From Escherichia phage JLBYU09, in the sequence record OK272487.1: 48,988 nucleotides of DNA; one strand, given 5' to 3'. The position numbers and the translations under genes were made by a program. Below are positions 45,441 to 48,988 of the stretch, one piece after another. Below the pieces are notes generated by a model. The model was given only the letters and a program-made list of their open reading frames with translations. It did not search any database and had not been told where the DNA came from. Within the stretch, counting starts at the first letter, position 1. Each line of letters begins with the position of its first letter.

Positions 45441-45839
45441 ATGAGAAAGTTATCAATAATCGCAATCGCTGTTATTTTGTCTGGATGTTCAAGCGTTATG
45501 CCACTGACCGGATTAATCGGTAGTAAGCCGGAAATCACAGCACAGGCAGGAGCGGAGAACGTAAAGCAGACCGTTGGCGTTACCGCAAAGCAGGACACCA
45601 GCACAAAACAGGAAACTACAATAAATGAATCTGCGGTTGATAAGGTGGACAATTCCAGCAAGAAGGATTTTACTACGTCAACCATTCAGGCTAACACCAT
45701 CAAGGCTGATAAAATCCAGGTCGTGCAAGGTGGGCAAAGGAAGTGGTACGATCCTATAATCTATTGCGCGGCAATTTTTAGTGGTCTTTTGTCAATGCTT
45801 TACTTTTCCTACCGCAAAGGCAACAAAAAGGAGGCTTAA
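45441..45839 (+). CDS. unimolecular spanin (lipoprotein with C-terminal TMD)
   Basis: 132 aa; lipobox LSGC and C-terminal TMD IIYCAAIFSGLLSMLYFSY; matches the recalled T1 gp11 architecture. Confidence 0.65.
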   Translation: MRKLSIIAIAVILSGCSSVMPLTGLIGSKPEITAQAGAENVKQTVGVTAKQDTSTKQETTINESAVDKVDNSSKKDFTTSTIQANTIKADKIQVVQGGQRKWYDPIIYCAAIFSGLLSMLYFSYRKGNKKEA

Positions 45840-45855
45840 CGCCTCCTTTGTTTTA
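45830..45855. terminator. bidirectional rho-independent terminator
   Basis: GGAGGC-ttaac-GCCTCC followed by TTTGTTTTA between convergent blocks; the spanin stop lies in the loop. Confidence 0.55.
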
Positions 45856-45866
45856 TAGTGAATCCA

Positions 45867-46073
45867 TCAAATCTTGAAAGCTGTTTCCGCTATAATCATT
45901 CTCGACAAGAATGTAAGNACNTNTCTTCNTNNNATCNNNNANNNNNNNNTNTNNTCNTAACGATTTATTTCAAACGTGCTACCATCTTCTCTTGTCGCAG
46001 TTCCTTTGTCGTTGAAAACATCAAAAGTTACATTGATGATTTTTGTTTCTTTCTTTGTTACTTTGATAGCCAT
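45867..46073 (-). CDS. hypothetical protein (interrupted by N-run)
   Basis: Track ORF 45867..46088; start moved to ATG 46073 after GAGGA RBS; Ns 45918-45958. Confidence 0.4.
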   Translation of the reverse strand: MAIKVTKKETKIINVTFDVFNDKGTATREDGSTFEINRXXXXXXXXXXXRXXLTFLSRMIIAETAFKI

Positions 46074-46106
46074 TTTTAAAATCCTCATATTCGCTTCGAT
46101 GAAACA

Positions 46107-46151
46107 AATATACCCGATACGAGATCAGGTGTTTTAACAAAAAGTGCTATT
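46107..46151 (-). promoter_or_regulatory. conserved-box promoter-like element (box, 19-nt spacer, TATATT)
   Basis: Minus-strand AATAGCACTTTTTGTTAAAA at 46151-46132; TATATT at 46112-46107. Confidence 0.5.
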
Positions 46152-46260
46152 CAATACGCTTTACAGTAACCAACAAAACTCCGTCCTCATCACACAAATT
46201 ATGCTCTGATATATCAAACGCTCGCATGTCAGAATGAATGAGCGTTAACATTGCGTGCAT
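46147..46260 (-). CDS. small hypothetical protein
   Basis: Internal start of track ORF 46147..46341, chosen to avoid overlap with the upstream gene; stop TAG inside the conserved box. Confidence 0.35.
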   Translation of the reverse strand: MHAMLTLIHSDMRAFDISEHNLCDEDGVLLVTVKRIE

Positions 46261-46267
46261 GAAGTCG

Positions 46268-46660
46268 TCATGTGAGATTGAACTTACGGCGCAGAACTTC
46301 AATATTTTGTCTATTAGCATTTGACGTAAACAATTCTTCATCGCTCATTTCTCCGATCCGTAAAGCATCTCTTACCCATTCGTTTTGCATACCTTCCAGG
46401 CTGTAAAGTTCAAACGAGAAAGGGCGATTTGCTGATCCTTTCTTACACCAGAACTTTCCACCAACTCCATCAAGATAACCAGCGGTCATCATTCTTGCGC
46501 AAAATTCTTTTGAAACGGCACTTGCAAACATCCTCGGAGTAAATCCTGCGGCCCTTGCGAGCCGCTCACATTCTCTGTGCTGAAAGATAAATTTTGCTAT
46601 ATGTTGACGTGTAAACCATTCGAATGACTCACACCATCGATACAGATCCAGAAGAAACAT
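46268..46660 (-). CDS. hypothetical protein
   Basis: 130 aa; co-directional and tightly packed with the large P-loop gene. Confidence 0.5.
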   Translation of the reverse strand: MFLLDLYRWCESFEWFTRQHIAKFIFQHRECERLARAAGFTPRMFASAVSKEFCARMMTAGYLDGVGGKFWCKKGSANRPFSFELYSLEGMQNEWVRDALRIGEMSDEELFTSNANRQNIEVLRRKFNLT

Positions 46661-46662
46661 AA

Positions 46663-48246
46663 TTACCCCAGCAATGTTGGATTTACAAAAACAACGCCAT
46701 TAATCACACAAATATAATTTCTTTCTTCAAGCATCGGCAGCAGTTGCGTTTCCATACGCTTCATTACGCCAGCCTGGCCAACAAACGGCTTAACTTTTCG
46801 TGCAGCCTCATATATGGCGCGCACATTCAAGATCCCCTTGTTAGCCTTACCGTGTCGAGTGATGATCTCGATTAGTTTACCCATTTCAGCATCATCACCA
46901 GCATAGCCAGAAGCGTTGGCGGCGCTAATGTATGTTTTGCTCAACTCGCTAAACATCAGCAGTGCTTCCTGAACGGTTTCAACCTCAATCTCTTTCGACT
47001 TTTGAGGGTATCCGCCAGGATTAAACCAATTGCGGATAGTGTGCAAAACCGAAGCAATCCTGATCACCTGCTTATCCATTTTGCCAAGCGCACCGCGCAG
47101 CATTGTATGCGAATACTTTCCGCCATCGGCAAGGTGCGGTTCCATCTCCTGACGAGCCATGTTAAGAACTCGCATTGCGGATTTGCTGATCTTAAGCTGG
47201 ATGTTCGATTCACTCATGATGTTATGGATCAGCTTGAAATATTGGCTTTTCAGTTCTCCATCAACAGGTTCATAAGTAGAATCACCGTTATCATCAACAA
47301 ACTTTCTACGGCCTAAAAATGATTCCTCACGCACAAGCAAATAACGCTCACTTACACCGATACCGCGCGATCCTGCATCCATGATGGCATTGATTGTTTC
47401 ATCCTGGGCAATTACCGCCATACAGCCAAGAGCTTTAAAACTCATATTGTTGTCAGCGTTTGCGCGAGCTATAGAAACATGACCGTGATCCCATGCTTTT
47501 AATACAAGTTCGCTGTTGGTTTTACGTTCGCTATTGGCATATGTCAGACCTAAAAGGCTGTTAATACTTGTTGCCTCGTCTGAAATCACAGCAAAGTTAC
47601 CCTGGCGATTGTTGATTCTTGCAAGTCCTTCCGGCGTTGTGTCGGACACAGGGAAAACGATGTCACACATCTTTTCCAGTTTTTCTTCCAGATCTTCTTT
47701 CTCCTGGTACAGAGATTCCATATCAGCGCCGGAGCGCTCGCTTTTCATCTCTTTTGCAAGACCTGCCAACTTTGCCTGAATCTTTTTTCTTTCCTTCTTT
47801 CGCTGTTCATTAATTCTTTCCACTTCAGCAACCATAGGAGCAAGTGCCAGGCTGTTAACGGCAGATTTACCAGTTGATGGAGGCTGGCTTGTGACAACGT
47901 AAAGAGCGGTTGGTTGATCCGTTCCGTGATACTCAACCGTGAAGCGTCCAAGCATTGCAGCAGACACGCAGCCGATAAAATGCATATATGCCGATGATTC
48001 AGGGAACTGAACTGATCGAGCAATGTTGCGCGCCAACTTACCAACAACATCAATATCATTGCCAAGAGAAATTACAGGGTAGCGATCGTTTCCGTTATTA
48101 ACATCATTAACCTCACCCCAAAAGCTGGACGATTGACGGTATCCGTTTGCCTGAATGGACACGCGCACAGGAGACAATCCTTGTGCATCAGCTAATTCGA
48201 TAATTTGTTTTGGTGTTAGTTTATTGGTTTCAAACGAAAAATTCAT
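46663..48246 (-). CDS. large P-loop-containing protein (putative replication-associated NTPase)
   Basis: Track ORF 46663..48300; start moved to ATG 48246 (MNFSFETNK) after AAAGGAG RBS; Walker-A-like QPPSTGKSAV; family not identifiable without a search. Confidence 0.45.
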   Translation of the reverse strand: MNFSFETNKLTPKQIIELADAQGLSPVRVSIQANGYRQSSSFWGEVNDVNNGNDRYPVISLGNDIDVVGKLARNIARSVQFPESSAYMHFIGCVSAAMLGRFTVEYHGTDQPTALYVVTSQPPSTGKSAVNSLALAPMVAEVERINEQRKKERKKIQAKLAGLAKEMKSERSGADMESLYQEKEDLEEKLEKMCDIVFPVSDTTPEGLARINNRQGNFAVISDEATSINSLLGLTYANSERKTNSELVLKAWDHGHVSIARANADNNMSFKALGCMAVIAQDETINAIMDAGSRGIGVSERYLLVREESFLGRRKFVDDNGDSTYEPVDGELKSQYFKLIHNIMSESNIQLKISKSAMRVLNMARQEMEPHLADGGKYSHTMLRGALGKMDKQVIRIASVLHTIRNWFNPGGYPQKSKEIEVETVQEALLMFSELSKTYISAANASGYAGDDAEMGKLIEIITRHGKANKGILNVRAIYEAARKVKPFVGQAGVMKRMETQLLPMLEERNYICVINGVVFVNPTLLG

Positions 48247-48273
48247 TGGTGATAACTCCTTTTTGATGCGGCA

Positions 48274-48318
48274 ATAATACCGCACCAATGCTACCCGCAT
48301 TTAACAAAAAATGCTATT
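48274..48318 (-). promoter_or_regulatory. conserved-box promoter-like element (box variant, 19-nt spacer, TATTAT)
   Basis: Minus-strand AATAGCATTTTTTGTTAAAT at 48318-48299; TATTAT at 48279-48274 in the loop of GCGG...CCGC. Confidence 0.5.
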
Positions 48319-48535
48319 TGATCCGCTCTATGCTAACTAAGATTTTTTCTGGTTCCTTTGCACTATGGCAATGCGCGGTTACAGAATCAACAAAATCAAA
48401 GTAAAGTGATTTGTGATATGAGAATCCAATCAGCCACCCAACCATCGTTTTCTTTATTGGCCTGACTATATCGCCAGGCTTAAAGGTTTTTGTTGCCGAA
48501 TAAGTCACCTTATAGCGATATTCAGTCTTGATCAC
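48314..48535 (-). CDS. hypothetical protein
   Basis: 73 aa; overlapping start with the upstream gene. Confidence 0.45.
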   Translation of the reverse strand: MIKTEYRYKVTYSATKTFKPGDIVRPIKKTMVGWLIGFSYHKSLYFDFVDSVTAHCHSAKEPEKILVSIERIK

Positions 48536-48918
48536 TTATACATAGCCTCAAACAAATGACAGCCACCAGCGGAAAATCCTACTTCTTCGCGGTATAGCGT
48601 CCAGCGGTCGCCAGCTTCATCAAAAACATAACCAGCAACAGCACCAAGAGCGCGACCTTGCTCAATCTGGTAACGCTTTCCTTCTTTGAAATGTTTTTTG
48701 CACGGGATCTTGTGATCTACAAAGGTGCATTTAATTGTTTTTGTCTTGATATGACGATAGTCAGACTCAACAGCGTTTTGCCACTTGCTACCCTTTGTAA
48801 TGCTCTTTACCTGGAATTGCTCCAACTCGATCACATCATCGCTACCAGCAATTTTTTCGTATACAACTTTATAACGACCGTTCATCAAAACGTTGGTTTT
48901 ATTGCAGATAACTTTCAT
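48532..48918 (-). CDS. hypothetical protein
   Basis: 128 aa; AAAGGAG RBS; first gene downstream of the box that wraps the window ends. Confidence 0.5.
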   Translation of the reverse strand: MKVICNKTNVLMNGRYKVVYEKIAGSDDVIELEQFQVKSITKGSKWQNAVESDYRHIKTKTIKCTFVDHKIPCKKHFKEGKRYQIEQGRALGAVAGYVFDEAGDRWTLYREEVGFSAGGCHLFEAMYK

Positions 48919-48949
48919 CTTTTATTTCTCCTTTCGTTTCGGTGAAGTG

Positions 48950-48988
48950 ATTATGCCAGGCTTTTACACCTGGCTTTTAACAAAAAGT
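48950..48988 (-). promoter_or_regulatory. conserved-box promoter-like element split across the window ends
   Basis: Minus-strand box AATAGCACTTTTTGTTAAAA spans 6..1 and 48988..48975; spacer is the 6-bp-stem hairpin GCCAGG...CCTGGC; CATAAT at 48955-48950. Confidence 0.5.

Noticed and set aside
1-48988. Repeated 20-nt box as a possible CRISPR array or transposon terminal repeats
   Set aside because: Copies are separated by 0.1-5 kb of coding sequence with no regular spacing; no cas genes or transposase; orientation follows gene direction, so a transcription signal is the better explanation.
1-48988. Lysogeny module (integrase, CI-like repressor, attachment site)
   Set aside because: No tyrosine or serine recombinase-like ORF and no repressor/Cro pair found; the gene content reads as a virulent phage.

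Overview
The window reads as a complete, circularly permuted genome of a virulent T1-like (Drexlerviridae-type) siphovirus of an enterobacterial host; it is compact, with about 80 genes in alternating strand blocks. The 20-nt box TTTTAACAAAAAGTGCTATT is split across the window ends, and the first minus-strand gene (a cytosine-5 DNA methyltransferase) stops at bases 2-4. Main blocks: a leftward block of small genes (2-2644); a rightward early block of small unknown genes with a HAD phosphatase and a dNMP-kinase-like P-loop protein (3382-10844); the structural module from small and large terminase through portal, capsid, tape measure and lambda M/L/K/I/J-like tail tip proteins to two putative receptor-binding proteins (10925-31531); a convergent Cor-like lipoprotein gene; an exonuclease/Erf/SSB recombination operon (32290-34910); a leftward block with a lambda Stf-like tail fibre, a glycine-rich protein, primase and an HTH protein (34925-39314); a rightward block with helicase, VRR-NUC nuclease, Dam-like methyltransferase, an HTH-metallophosphoesterase fusion and a holin/SAR-endolysin/unimolecular-spanin lysis cassette (39404-45839); and a leftward block with a large P-loop protein (45867-48918). 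No integrase, repressor, tRNA or CRISPR array was seen. The most striking feature is a family of at least 13 copies of a conserved 20-nt box, AATAGCAC(TTTTTG/GAATTG)TTAAAA, each followed by an 18-19 nt GC-rich, often palindromic spacer and a -10-like hexamer, oriented with the gene blocks and frequently containing the stop codon of the upstream gene. This looks like a phage-specific promoter or insulator architecture with no conventional -35 element. Other points of interest are two diverged copies of an AT-rich intergenic region at the two leftward/rightward switch points, a -1 frameshift site (A AAA AAC) in the tail assembly chaperone, and several N-runs, one of which sits in a tandem duplication that is probably an assembly artefact. 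All functional calls are from motifs and gene order read by eye; no database search was run.
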